A stretch of DNA of 57,972 bases from a virus (lineage: Duplodnaviria; Caudoviricetes): positions 1-57,972 of the IMG/VR virus record IMGVR_UViG_3300036985_006199; one strand, 5' to 3'. The notes under the pieces were generated by a model. It was not told the origin of the DNA. It saw only the letters and a program-made list of their open reading frames with translations, and searched no databases. The number at the start of each line of letters is the position of its first letter. Within the stretch, counting starts at the first letter, position 1. Made by a program: the position numbers and the translations under genes. Shown piece after piece: positions 38,973 to 48,307 of this stretch.

Positions 38973-39353
38973 ATGCGGTCACTGATTGGACGGATCGAGA
39001 GCATCTTCGAGGACTACAGCGCGATGGTCGACGACCCGAAGCACATGCCGAAGGTGCTGGCGAAAGCGTTCGTGGAATACCTGAAGCCACTGGGCAAGGT
39101 GAAGGTCGTCAAGGCCGAGGCCACGGCGCCGCGCGGTTGGGACTACGGGTTCCTCGGCATCTTCGAGATCACATACGACGGTGAGCCGGTGAAGTTGACG
39201 CTGTCCATGCCTATCGCGAGGAACGAGACGGGTGGAAACGTGGCAGCCGATGGTGGGTACGGAGTGATCGCGACATCGAACAAGGCGGCGGATGTCGACA
39301 AGGCGCTGCGCTACATGGCCAGCGAGGTCGTGACCCGCTTCAAAAAGCGATAG
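38973..39353 (+). CDS. hypothetical protein, MRSLIGRIE leader
   Basis: GAGGAGG RBS. Confidence 0.6.
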   Translation: MRSLIGRIESIFEDYSAMVDDPKHMPKVLAKAFVEYLKPLGKVKVVKAEATAPRGWDYGFLGIFEITYDGEPVKLTLSMPIARNETGGNVAADGGYGVIATSNKAADVDKALRYMASEVVTRFKKR

Positions 39354-39363
39354 GGAGACGGCA

Positions 39364-40068
39364 ATGAAGAACCTCATTGAGAGCACGGAAACAGCGTTGG
39401 AAGATGTCGAGTTCTTCGAGGCGATCTTGGATGCAGACGACGACATCCTGGACGAGACGTTTGACGCGGACGACGTGGCGCGCTTGGAGGCCCTGGCCGA
39501 CCTGATCGGGGCGTGCGAGGACGGCGTGCTATCTGAGGACGACGACGATCTCATGGAGGGCCTGCGGAGCTGGCTGCTCAAGAAGAAAAAGCAGTTGGTG
39601 CGCAAGCTGCCGCCGGGCGCCAAGATGGTCTTCGGCAAGATCGTCAAGGGCGGCAAGGTGGTGGGCGGCGCGGCCAAGAAGGCGGCGGCGGGCGTGCAGA
39701 AGGCGGTCCAGAAGGGCGTGGCGGCGAAGCGCGCGGTGCAGGGCGCGGCCTATCGCTTCACGGACGCGGGCCAGAAGGCGCGGGCGGCGGCCAAGAAGGT
39801 GGCCGACACCAAGGGGCGCAAGGCGGGCGCAGCGGCCTGGCAGAAGTCCCAGGAGACCTACAAGAAGCACGTCAAGGCGGGCGAGAGCCATGCCTTTGCG
39901 TCGTCGCAGGCGCATAAGGAGAAGGCGAAGGCTGCTGGGAAGCCGCGCAAGTCGAAGGCACCTGCACCAGCGGCTCCGGCTCCGGCTCCGGTGAAGAAGA
40001 AGAGCGCGCCGCGCAAGCGCAAGACCAAGATGGAAGACGTGTTCCAGGAGATGGGCGTGATCGCATAG
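39364..40068 (+). CDS. acidic-leader, Lys/Ala-rich histone-H1-like protein
   Basis: D/E-rich first ~65 aa followed by a K/A-rich region. Confidence 0.6.
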   Translation: MKNLIESTETALEDVEFFEAILDADDDILDETFDADDVARLEALADLIGACEDGVLSEDDDDLMEGLRSWLLKKKKQLVRKLPPGAKMVFGKIVKGGKVVGGAAKKAAAGVQKAVQKGVAAKRAVQGAAYRFTDAGQKARAAAKKVADTKGRKAGAAAWQKSQETYKKHVKAGESHAFASSQAHKEKAKAAGKPRKSKAPAPAAPAPAPVKKKSAPRKRKTKMEDVFQEMGVIA

Positions 40069-40096
40069 ACGCGAACCCGGGTTCGTGTGGAGGTGC

Positions 40097-40717
40097 ATGA
40101 TGGGCAAGCTAGGACGGCTGGGAACGCAGATGATGACCGAGGCTACTGCGATCACGCAGAACGCCAAGGCAGTGCGGCAGGGGCAGATCCTGCCCAGCGA
40201 GAAGCGGGATTCTGGGTATTTCGGACGGATCGAGTTCCGGTTTGAAAACGCGGACGAGATCTGGGCGGAGACGTTTCGCGTGATCATGTCCGAGATGCCT
40301 GACGTGTCTTCAATGGCGATCAGAGACTATCTGGACTCGAAAAGCGGGATGCACTTCGGTGATCTGGTGGCTGGGGAACTAAAGAAGACGTTGCCAACGC
40401 CGGATTCGGCTTTGTACGGTCGAGTGTTCAATCCCAAGATGGCGGACGTGAAGCGCGTCGTGGCGTTAGTGTTTGGCGCCAATCCATGGATGCAGAAACA
40501 CCTCGCGGAGTATGCAAAGGACCAGGAAGCATCCACTAGCGGGACGATGTCTTCCATTGGCAGGTGGGTAGACAGCGTTGTCAATGCGTTCGAGCTGGCG
40601 CAGGACCAGGAGAAGAAGAAGAACTGGAAAGAGCGAGATGCGGCCTTGCACGACTTGCAGAAGGCGGCGGACCAGTTGCTCACAACATCCAGGGCCTGGA
40701 TGGCACAGAGGAGATAG
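40097..40717 (+). CDS. hypothetical protein
   Basis: Palindrome + GGAGG + ATG. Confidence 0.6.
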   Translation: MMGKLGRLGTQMMTEATAITQNAKAVRQGQILPSEKRDSGYFGRIEFRFENADEIWAETFRVIMSEMPDVSSMAIRDYLDSKSGMHFGDLVAGELKKTLPTPDSALYGRVFNPKMADVKRVVALVFGANPWMQKHLAEYAKDQEASTSGTMSSIGRWVDSVVNAFELAQDQEKKKNWKERDAALHDLQKAADQLLTTSRAWMAQRR

Positions 40718-40720
40718 AAC

Positions 40721-41164
40721 ATGAAGACGATGCGGGACATTTTCGAAGGTATTTCTAAGCGGTTGGGACCAGATGAGTTTGAGTTCCAAGGAAAAAAAGG
40801 ACGCTGGCGCACAGTAAAAGGTAGCGAGATTTTCTTTCCAGAAGATGGGTCTGGGCCTATGGGCATGCCGAATGGCATGAAAAAGTCGAAAAACGATGAT
40901 GAAGGACCAGACTTGTCTTTCAAAGGAAAGCCTGTTCCTATTGATAAAAGCCATTGGAAGAACACTTCTGATGAACAGATCGGGAGGCTTGTATCTCAAG
41001 TGATGTTCCTTGAATACGATGCGTATAGAAAGAAGAATCCGAAGAAGTTCAAGAGTGAAAAGGCAGAAATCGCTGACAAGATTGAATTCTTCAAATACGG
41101 AATAGATGACAAGGTTCGTTCAGAGATGGCACATGGTGCAAAATGGGCTGGTATCAAGTGGTAG
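40721..41164 (+). CDS. hypothetical protein (low GC), MKTMRDIFE leader
   Basis: Flanked by a 23-bp direct repeat. Confidence 0.6.
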   Translation: MKTMRDIFEGISKRLGPDEFEFQGKKGRWRTVKGSEIFFPEDGSGPMGMPNGMKKSKNDDEGPDLSFKGKPVPIDKSHWKNTSDEQIGRLVSQVMFLEYDAYRKKNPKKFKSEKAEIADKIEFFKYGIDDKVRSEMAHGAKWAGIKW

Positions 41165-41229
41165 CGTTGCCGAAGTAGATCGGTTGGCGACGGCAGCGCG
41201 ATTCTGGATGGCACAGAGGAGATAGATCC

Positions 41230-41526
41230 ATGAGAACGATGCGCGAGTTGTTTGAAGCGGTCGAGATGCCTACTGAGCAGGATGTCGAAGAGGCGTTTGG
41301 CGTCTTGGAGGCACAGCTCAAGAAGTACAAGCTGGAGACCAAGAGCGGGCGTTTGCGCACTGCCGATCCTGACGAGTTCCAGCTCATGGACATGACGGAC
41401 GTCTACTGGCGCTTCAAGCACAGCCCGACCCGGAACTATCTGTACGTGGAGCGCAACACGAAGCGCCACAACATCGTGGTGCCCAACGAGGGTAAGCCCT
41501 TCTTCATGGGCTACTTCGATGCGTGA
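41230..41526 (+). CDS. hypothetical protein, MRELFEAVE leader
   Basis: GAGGAG RBS. Confidence 0.6.
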   Translation: MRTMRELFEAVEMPTEQDVEEAFGVLEAQLKKYKLETKSGRLRTADPDEFQLMDMTDVYWRFKHSPTRNYLYVERNTKRHNIVVPNEGKPFFMGYFDA

Positions 41527-41532
41527 GGAACG

Positions 41533-41970
41533 ATGACGGAGCGTGTGACAGTGGCGTCGGACGTCCTGGATCGCGTGCGTGCGATCTTGCGAGAACGTCG
41601 CCTGGTCGAGCGAGAGGCCCAGCAGCCGCGTCCGAGCCAGGGGGCTGCCCGTGCTACTGCTCGATTGAAAGCGCCGCTCCTGGGGACGAACAAGCGCCCT
41701 GTGGGGGAAGTGCGGGTGCTGGTCATCGTGCCCAACGATCCGCTGGACGGGGTGGACGTGCATGTGCGGTGGACGCGCGTGGGGTTCGCGTTCTGGTATG
41801 TGAAGACGGTGGATCTCGGGCCGCTGGAGGACGCCGAGGCGGCGGACCTGGCGGGGGTCGAGATGGTGCTGACGGCGGTGGGTTGGACGGCCAGCGGGTC
41901 GGTGCCGCTGCGGTCGATGAACCGGGCGTTTCCAAAGGTGCGCAAGAGCGCGAGTGACGTGACGCTGTAG
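41533..41970 (+). CDS. hypothetical protein
   Basis: GAGG RBS, in operon. Confidence 0.5.
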   Translation: MTERVTVASDVLDRVRAILRERRLVEREAQQPRPSQGAARATARLKAPLLGTNKRPVGEVRVLVIVPNDPLDGVDVHVRWTRVGFAFWYVKTVDLGPLEDAEAADLAGVEMVLTAVGWTASGSVPLRSMNRAFPKVRKSASDVTL

Positions 41971-41995
41971 CGCGAGAACGATACGGAGGACGGCG

Positions 41996-42556
41996 ATGTC
42001 GTTGAGAAAATTGGTCGAGGATGTCCAGTCGGTGATGGAGTGGGGCGGGCGCGGGCGTGGGCGTGGTTACAGCCAAGATCCCTACCTGACGAAGGCGAAG
42101 GTAGCGGGGACCGACGTCAAGGGGCTGCCCTACAAGAAGGGCGACGAGATCATGATCTACAAGGACGGCGCCATCTACGCGGGAGCCAACAAGGACAAGG
42201 CGTGGCGGGAGTTCCAGGCGGCCAAGGATGACGAGGCGTTCATGAGCGGGGGCATGGAGAGCGCGGAGTCGACGGGGCCGGAGCTGGACGAGGCGAAGGA
42301 GATGAGTCCGCGCGAGCTGATCGACAAGGGCGACAACCTGATCAAGATCTTGGAGGGCGCTGTTGAGGAGATGCGCAAGGGTGTTGCGGAAGCACAGGCG
42401 GAGCTGAAGGGCTACGCGCGCATCGGCGTGCCGGAGCGGGCGGCTTCTGCGCTGCTGAAGAAGCACATGCTTCCACCGGCAGAGCGCTTGGAGGACATGG
42501 CCAAGAAGGTGCGCGAGACCATCGAGGACGGAATCAAGGTGTTTTCGCGGGAGTGA
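41996..42556 (+). CDS. hypothetical protein, MSLRKLVE leader
   Basis: GGAGG RBS. Confidence 0.6.
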   Translation: MSLRKLVEDVQSVMEWGGRGRGRGYSQDPYLTKAKVAGTDVKGLPYKKGDEIMIYKDGAIYAGANKDKAWREFQAAKDDEAFMSGGMESAESTGPELDEAKEMSPRELIDKGDNLIKILEGAVEEMRKGVAEAQAELKGYARIGVPERAASALLKKHMLPPAERLEDMAKKVRETIEDGIKVFSRE

Positions 42557-42969
42557 ATGACATGCTGATGCTCACATTGATTGAGAAGATCGAGCGGGAG
42601 ATGACAGAGGCAGACAACCTGCTGGAACATCTCCAAAGCGAAGATTTTGTGGGATGGGCGTCAGAGCAAGGTTTGGCCAGGATTGATCCAAGACGCGGTG
42701 AGGCACTAGAGAAGACAGTTGCATTGATAGATAAAATAATAAAGCCACTTGAGAAGATACATCGGGAAATTGTAAAGGCGAAAGATGTGTTGGCAGATCG
42801 TAATCCAAAGCAATGGGGTCATGGCAAGAGCGACACATTGATGTATAACGCAATGTCTAATTTGTCATATCTTAGCGATGCGATATGGAAAAACATGGGG
42901 ATTGCCCAGGATGTTATTTCAACTCTCTATGATGCGGGAGAAGCGGCCATGCCAAAGCCGAGGGATTGA
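42553..42969 (+). CDS. hypothetical protein (low GC)
   Basis: Overlapping start; LTLIEKIE leader-like motif. Confidence 0.5.
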   Translation: MNDMLMLTLIEKIEREMTEADNLLEHLQSEDFVGWASEQGLARIDPRRGEALEKTVALIDKIIKPLEKIHREIVKAKDVLADRNPKQWGHGKSDTLMYNAMSNLSYLSDAIWKNMGIAQDVISTLYDAGEAAMPKPRD

Positions 42970-42987
42970 GAAACACAGGAGACGATC

Positions 42988-43608
42988 ATGACGATGCGGT
43001 ATCTCATTGAGCGGATCAACAGATTGCTTGAGGCGCGGAGCGTGGAGGTAGCAGTCAAGGAATTGCCGGACGCGATCCGCAAGGCGCTCAAAGAGGTGGG
43101 GTATCGCAGTCGGGACATCGGCGTGGTGCCGCAGGCGACCGTGAGCCTGAACCCCTACGCGGGGGACGGCGAGCGCGGATTTGCGGTGCTCGTGAACCTC
43201 TCGACGGGGGCCTCCAAGGTGGTGCGGGGCGACTGGGGTGGGAGTTCGCCAGTGGGCGGGCCGTCCATCGACCAGGATCGTGGCGACCATCCCTTGCCGC
43301 GTGACGGCGTGGCCATCGTGGGCAGCTCGGGCGGGCGGGGTACCTATGCGACGATCTACGTGCATCCTGACAGCGTGGTTCCGTTGCTCCCAGGTGATGT
43401 GGAGATGAGCGAGCGTGAGGCGGGCATCTTGCGCAGCATGGGGATGACGTCGAGCTACCGCAAGGAGCTGTTTGCGGACATGAAGGTGCAGCAGAGCGAG
43501 GTCGACGCGCTGGTCAAGCGCGGGTGGATCGCGGTGAACAAGGCGGGGGCGTTGAGTTTGACGACAGCGGGCAAGAACGCGGCGCAATCTGCGCATGCAC
43601 GACGTTGA
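42988..43608 (+). CDS. hypothetical protein, MRYLIE..LLEA leader, C-terminal winged-helix-like segment
   Basis: AGGAG RBS; LVKRGWI...LTTAGK ending. Confidence 0.6.
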   Translation: MTMRYLIERINRLLEARSVEVAVKELPDAIRKALKEVGYRSRDIGVVPQATVSLNPYAGDGERGFAVLVNLSTGASKVVRGDWGGSSPVGGPSIDQDRGDHPLPRDGVAIVGSSGGRGTYATIYVHPDSVVPLLPGDVEMSEREAGILRSMGMTSSYRKELFADMKVQQSEVDALVKRGWIAVNKAGALSLTTAGKNAAQSAHARR

Positions 43609-43618
43609 TGGTGATCTG

Positions 43619-44977
43619 ATGAACATGAGCGCGTTGATGGCCTTGTACGAGCATCGCATGATCATGGAAGACACCATGGCCGTGACGCCAGAGCTGATCG
43701 CGAAGCTGCGCAAGGACTTCCTGGTGCTCGTGGGGAACGTGCCGCGTGTGGATACGGTGGAGAAGCTGACGACGTTCCGGTTGGGCGTGAAGACGTTTCG
43801 CGATCTGCTAGAGCGCATCATGAACACGGCCAAGGAGTATCTGGGCGATGTGGCGCGGTTCGCGGAGTTGAAGTTTGATAACGCGCTGGCGTCGGATGCC
43901 CGTTACTTGGCGGACCACATGAGCGATGCGTGGAAGCTGCACATGGCGCTGATCGTGCCGGGACAGAGTTTGGAGTCCATCGTTCGCGCCGCTTCCGGCA
44001 ACAGTTACTTCCTGGGTAGGGCGCAGGAGACATACCTGTACAAATTCACAAGTGAGGCAAAGAAGTGGGATGCCGCAGCACGGCGGGTGGCCCCGAAGGC
44101 GTGGAAGTGGTTCGAGAGCGCGGCGACGACTGTTGCCAAGGGTGCGGCGTATGGTGGGCGCGGGGCGCTAAAGGTGGATCGCGGCACGGGGACATTGCGT
44201 GAACTGGCGGGGTTCAAGGTGCGGTTGGATGGGTTTTCGGGGAGCGACTTTGACGTTGAGGGAGTGCAGCGGTTTGAGCAGGGATTGATCTTATTTCGCC
44301 AGTTGGCGGGCAAGCGCTTTCCCAGCTTGCTGCGGAACACGACGCCTTTCGTCTTGGTCTTCTCGGGAGATGCGACAGGGGGCCGAGCGGCTGCGCATTG
44401 GACGGCGAATGAGGTCGTCGTGTCGTTCTGGGGGATGCAAAACGATCCGAAGAGGACGGCGCATACGATTGCGCACGAACTGGCGCACGGGGTCTATCGC
44501 ACCTATTTGAGCGGCGAGGCGCGGGATGCCTGGGAGACGTTCATTAAGGGCAGCACGGAGAGCTTGGATCTGCGACAGGTGCTCAAGGACATTGGGGACG
44601 ACGGATGGCTGCACGAGCCGACCGCGTACAAGGACGATCCGATCCGTTGGTTGCAGGTGTCTGGGCTCGGACATGATCGGAGCTATCGGTTTGAGCGCGG
44701 GTCGGACATTCGGAAATGGCTGGACGGTGGCGGCGATTCCGTGGTGCAGGTGACACGGGTGCCGATCACGGCGTATGCCAGTACGAATCCCGAAGAAGCC
44801 TTCTGCGAGGCGTTTGGCATGCTGATCGCGTATGGGCCACGGACGGTATTGCCCGAGGTGCGTCAGATGCTGGGCATGGTGCTGCCGCAGCTCAGGACCG
44901 AGTGGGTGGAGTTTGGGACATTGCTCTTGTTGCTGGAGGCGAAAGCCGGAGGTTTCCCATGCCATCGAACTGCCTGA
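43619..44977 (+). CDS. zincin-type metallopeptidase domain protein
   Basis: HELAH (HExxH) plus downstream YASTNPEEAFCEAF. Confidence 0.7.
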   Translation: MNMSALMALYEHRMIMEDTMAVTPELIAKLRKDFLVLVGNVPRVDTVEKLTTFRLGVKTFRDLLERIMNTAKEYLGDVARFAELKFDNALASDARYLADHMSDAWKLHMALIVPGQSLESIVRAASGNSYFLGRAQETYLYKFTSEAKKWDAAARRVAPKAWKWFESAATTVAKGAAYGGRGALKVDRGTGTLRELAGFKVRLDGFSGSDFDVEGVQRFEQGLILFRQLAGKRFPSLLRNTTPFVLVFSGDATGGRAAAHWTANEVVVSFWGMQNDPKRTAHTIAHELAHGVYRTYLSGEARDAWETFIKGSTESLDLRQVLKDIGDDGWLHEPTAYKDDPIRWLQVSGLGHDRSYRFERGSDIRKWLDGGGDSVVQVTRVPITAYASTNPEEAFCEAFGMLIAYGPRTVLPEVRQMLGMVLPQLRTEWVEFGTLLLLLEAKAGGFPCHRTA

Positions 44978-45636
44978 TCGTGAATGGTGAGAAGGTCGCG
45001 GTCCCCACGTCGATCCTCGACCTGGGGTGTCGGGTCTACAACTTCATCGACGATGGGGAGCCCAACTTGCGGAACGCTCCGCGCACGAAGCCGGTCCAGC
45101 ACTTGGTGCTGCACGAGACGGCGGGGAACAGCGCGACGGGCTGCAAGGACACCCTGCGCCAGAAGAAGATCGGCGTGCACCTGATCCTGGGCAAGAACGG
45201 CGACCTCTCGTGCCACGCGGATCTGGCGACGGACGTGTGCTGGCACGGGAACCAGTTGAACGCTACGTCGGTGGGCATCGAGGTGGTGAACCCTTATCGA
45301 CCGGAGTACGCGCGCAATCCGCGTGGGCCGGTGCTCCCGGCGCAGTGGTGGACGTGGATTCCGCCGGGGCATGAGCGGACCTACCAGGCGCCGCTGGGCG
45401 TGCAGGTGGCCATCGTCAAGGCGCTTGTGCCGTGGCTGTGCGAGGTCATGGGCATCCCCTACGAGTTTCCGACGAAGGGCCTGAACGCGAAGGCGCGGCA
45501 GATCACGGGCTGGAAGGCTCCGCCGCTGGGGTGGTATGCGAAGCCGGGGCCGGGCGTCGTGGCGCACAGGGATTATAGTTCCCATTCCGATGCCAGGTAT
45601 TTGCTGGAGCAGGTGATGGGAGGAACCCTGGGATGA
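44959..45636 (+). CDS. N-acetylmuramoyl-L-alanine amidase (Amidase_2; endolysin-like)
   Basis: LVLHET, GVHLIL, WHG..N..SVGIEV, VVAHRD; GGAGG then ATG 44959. Confidence 0.85.
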   Translation: MPSNCLIVNGEKVAVPTSILDLGCRVYNFIDDGEPNLRNAPRTKPVQHLVLHETAGNSATGCKDTLRQKKIGVHLILGKNGDLSCHADLATDVCWHGNQLNATSVGIEVVNPYRPEYARNPRGPVLPAQWWTWIPPGHERTYQAPLGVQVAIVKALVPWLCEVMGIPYEFPTKGLNAKARQITGWKAPPLGWYAKPGPGVVAHRDYSSHSDARYLLEQVMGGTLG

Positions 45637-45971
45637 ATTCGAACGACCGGCTGCGCGCGTTACTGGACGACCTGCCGAGTGCGGCTCCGCGTGTGATGCT
45701 GACCGAGGCGGCGCAGCGCTTGATGCGGTCGTTGAAAACGCAGGGGGAGCGGGCGGTACGCGGACGGCTGGTGACGCAGTACGTGTTCGAGGCGGTGCAG
45801 CGGCCGGGCGGGGTGTCGATCACCATGCGGATCGAGGGGCGGCACGCGATGTCGGTGGCGCAGCAACTTGCCAAGCGGTTCGCCATGGGGGAAGATATGG
45901 GGAGTGCCGAGGTGACGCGCACGGAGCGCGGGGCCGTGCTGGAGCTGCGGCCACGGGAGACGCGATCATGA
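45633..45971 (+). CDS. hypothetical protein
   Basis: ATGA-coupled to the amidase gene. Confidence 0.55.
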   Translation: MNSNDRLRALLDDLPSAAPRVMLTEAAQRLMRSLKTQGERAVRGRLVTQYVFEAVQRPGGVSITMRIEGRHAMSVAQQLAKRFAMGEDMGSAEVTRTERGAVLELRPRETRS

Positions 45972-46123
45972 TCGTGGAGCTGAAGAAGGTGAAGGCGCAG
46001 AAGCGGAACCGGAAGCGGGCCATGGACTGGCGCGCTGCGCAGACGTCGGGCATCGTACCGTTGCCCATTTCGATGAGCACCAACGCGCCGCTACCAGCGG
46101 TGCCCGCCACGGGCGGACCATAG
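45968..46123 (+). CDS. small basic protein (51 aa, not in the ORF track)
   Basis: GGAG RBS, ATGA overlap, MIVELKKVKAQKRNRKR...; fills the intergenic gap. Confidence 0.45.
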   Translation: MIVELKKVKAQKRNRKRAMDWRAAQTSGIVPLPISMSTNAPLPAVPATGGP

Positions 46124-46132
46124 GAGATCCAC

Positions 46133-46720
46133 ATGAGCACCATGAGACAGATTCTTCGAGAGGTGGAGACGACTTCGGCACGCACGCCTGTGGGCGAGGC
46201 CGTGAACGCGGCGGTGGTGGATCGCATGGCGCAGGCCATGCTGGACAGCCCGAAGCTGGCTCCGATTGCCGGGCGCGTGCTCGACGACGAGCAATGGGAG
46301 ATGTTCAGCGGGCTCATGTTGGAGCCGCTGCGGGCGTTGATCGCCAAGGCGCTGGACGTGTCCGGCGTGGCGGTCTCGGGCGGCCTGCTGTCCAAGGCAG
46401 GGCGGGAGATGAAGAGCGCCGCACGCGGCGATATCGGCGTGAGCGAGGGATTGAAAGACGCAGGGATACTTGATGCGATCAAGGCGGATTGGGCAAATAT
46501 CTTGGCGCAGCTCGTTGCGGACAAGAACAACGAGGAATACTACCAGCCTGGTGTAAATCCTGATGAGTATGGCAAAAGAACATCCGAAAAGATGATGTCA
46601 AAAATGATCGCAAATCCAAGGGATGCGCGTGGAGCGTTGAGTAGGAATTCTGCTCTAAAGAAGGCGGCAGCGCGAAATGGCATCAAAACTTCAGCACAAT
46701 GGGATTCGTTATTCGCGTGA
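46133..46720 (+). CDS. hypothetical protein, MRQILREVE leader
   Basis: AGGAG RBS. Confidence 0.6.
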   Translation: MSTMRQILREVETTSARTPVGEAVNAAVVDRMAQAMLDSPKLAPIAGRVLDDEQWEMFSGLMLEPLRALIAKALDVSGVAVSGGLLSKAGREMKSAARGDIGVSEGLKDAGILDAIKADWANILAQLVADKNNEEYYQPGVNPDEYGKRTSEKMMSKMIANPRDARGALSRNSALKKAAARNGIKTSAQWDSLFA

Positions 46721-46785
46721 GACTCTGTTGTGCAATGGTGCAGTCGGAAGTTTCTACAGAAGAATGAATTGAGCAAGGAGACACC

Positions 46786-47118
46786 ATGTCGTTACGGAAA
46801 CTGGCCCATGACGTGCGGCGGACGCTGGCGGAGGCTTCGCCGGAGTTCCGTTCGGGGCGTGCCGAGGTGGAGAAGCTGATCGACGCCATGCTGGCGGGGT
46901 CGCAGGTGGAGCCCAGGGCCAAGGCCGTCATCGGGCGCGATGGCGACATGGCGAAGCTGCTGGGCGATCTGCGCCTGGCGCTGTACCCCATTGTCGTGCA
47001 CACCCTCCAGAGGATGGGCGGCAAGGTCGGCGGGTCCGGGAACGTGCAGGCGGCGTTGCGTGGCATGGCGCGGGAGGAGCGCGAGCACCCCCCGACCCCC
47101 GGCATCGATCTGGATTGA
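46786..47118 (+). CDS. hypothetical protein, MSLRKL..LAEA leader
   Basis: AAGGAG RBS. Confidence 0.55.
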   Translation: MSLRKLAHDVRRTLAEASPEFRSGRAEVEKLIDAMLAGSQVEPRAKAVIGRDGDMAKLLGDLRLALYPIVVHTLQRMGGKVGGSGNVQAALRGMAREEREHPPTPGIDLD

Positions 47119-47574
47119 TTAGGCGGTCTTGAGGGCGGCAGCGTCGGCAGCGACTTCGACCATGACGCCCTTGAACTTGGCCGCGCCAGCGACCTTGGTC
47201 TTCGGCAGCTTCGCCTTGACTTCATCAAAGATGGCAGAGATGCGCCCGTTGGGGTCGTACTCTTCGACGAGCGCCTGGCGCGCGGCCTTGTTGGCCTTGG
47301 CGTCGCCGTTGACGGACTCCTTGGCGAGGTCGGCGATGATCTCGCAGGCGCGCTCGCGGGTACACCCGCTCATCTTGAGGGCGATGATGAGGAACTCTTC
47401 CGAGAGCAGAGAAGACGTCGAGGTCTTCTCGGTGTCGGGAGCGATCTCCAGGTGGCCGGAGATGTGGACGGTGACGTCCACGGCGTGCTCGCCCGGGGTG
47501 AGGGCGGCGCGGGCGGTCTTGGCTTCGGCGTCTTTGACGGCCTTGGAGAGGGCGACGAGATTGGCGTTGTCCAT
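47119..47574 (-). CDS. hypothetical early protein
   Basis: GGAGG RBS and its own promoter on the minus strand. Confidence 0.65.
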   Translation of the reverse strand: MDNANLVALSKAVKDAEAKTARAALTPGEHAVDVTVHISGHLEIAPDTEKTSTSSLLSEEFLIIALKMSGCTRERACEIIADLAKESVNGDAKANKAARQALVEEYDPNGRISAIFDEVKAKLPKTKVAGAAKFKGVMVEVAADAAALKTA

Positions 47575-47628
47575 GGAACCTCCTATTTTGCGACCGGGCA
47601 TCCGCGCCCGGCATCCTGCCTGTCTCTC

Positions 47629-47657
47629 AATCTAACCGCGCCCATGGCGTTTGTCAA
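47629..47657 (-). promoter_or_regulatory. early promoter
   Basis: TTGACAAACGC...17 nt...TAGATT-GAGAGACA on the minus strand. Confidence 0.7.
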
Positions 47658-47804
47658 CAACTGCGTTTGCGATTTCAGGACCACGCGACCCACGGCGAAA
47701 CCGGAATAGATATTGGATACTCGACTGGGAATATGCAAAAACCCTTGGCCTGAAAAAAGACGCTTGGATAGGTATGCAGGAAACGGGGCGAACCCGGGTT
47801 CGCG

Positions 47805-48080
47805 TCAATCCCCCGCCTCGGTCTGTGTCATGACGAGCGCGGGACCGGCGATGAAGTCGCCCTCGCGCAGGTTGGGAGCGGCGTAGGCGGTGGCCAGGGG
47901 GTTTGGGGGCAGCTCTTTGAGCTTGCCCTCTTCGTTGATGCACATGATGAGGTCGTCATCCAGATGGACGAATTCGATGTAGCCGCCGACGAAGGCTTGC
48001 AGCTCGTCGAGATCGAAGGCGACACCATTGTTGGGGGTGACCCATTCGGCGTTGCCGGTGACAGGGATGAGTCGTGCCAT
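47805..48080 (-). CDS. DUF3846-like small protein
   Basis: LDELQAFVGGYIE...INEEGKL..LPPN..AT...IAGPAL. Confidence 0.7.
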   Translation of the reverse strand: MARLIPVTGNAEWVTPNNGVAFDLDELQAFVGGYIEFVHLDDDLIMCINEEGKLKELPPNPLATAYAAPNLREGDFIAGPALVMTQTEAGD

Positions 48081-48305
48081 CTATTTCCTCCCGAGTTGGC
48101 GGGCGATCTCTTGGAGCGCCTTGGTTTGGTCTTCCTGTGCGCGCACCAGGCGCTCGAACAGGGCGTCGGTCTGCCGTTGCTGGTAGGTCGGGTCGGCCTG
48201 CGCCTCGGGCACGGCGAGCCGCGCCAGGGGGCCGCCCAGCGCGAAGGCGAGGGCGACGCCTGCGAGCAGGATCGCGACGTGCCAGCGGGGGGGTCGGTGT
48301 TCCAT
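48081..48305 (-). CDS. small membrane-anchored protein
   Basis: MEHRPPRWHVAILLAGVALAFALGG hydrophobic segment. Confidence 0.55.
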   Translation of the reverse strand: MEHRPPRWHVAILLAGVALAFALGGPLARLAVPEAQADPTYQQRQTDALFERLVRAQEDQTKALQEIARQLGRK

Positions 48306-48307
48306 GG

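Noticed and set aside
41523-41957. Gly-rich alternative-frame ORF overlapping 41533..41970
   Set aside because: It has frame-shadow composition; the 41533 frame has the RBS and normal codon usage.
47129-47635. Plus-strand ORF opposite the early island
   Set aside because: It is antisense to 47119..47574, which has a promoter, an RBS and typical codons.
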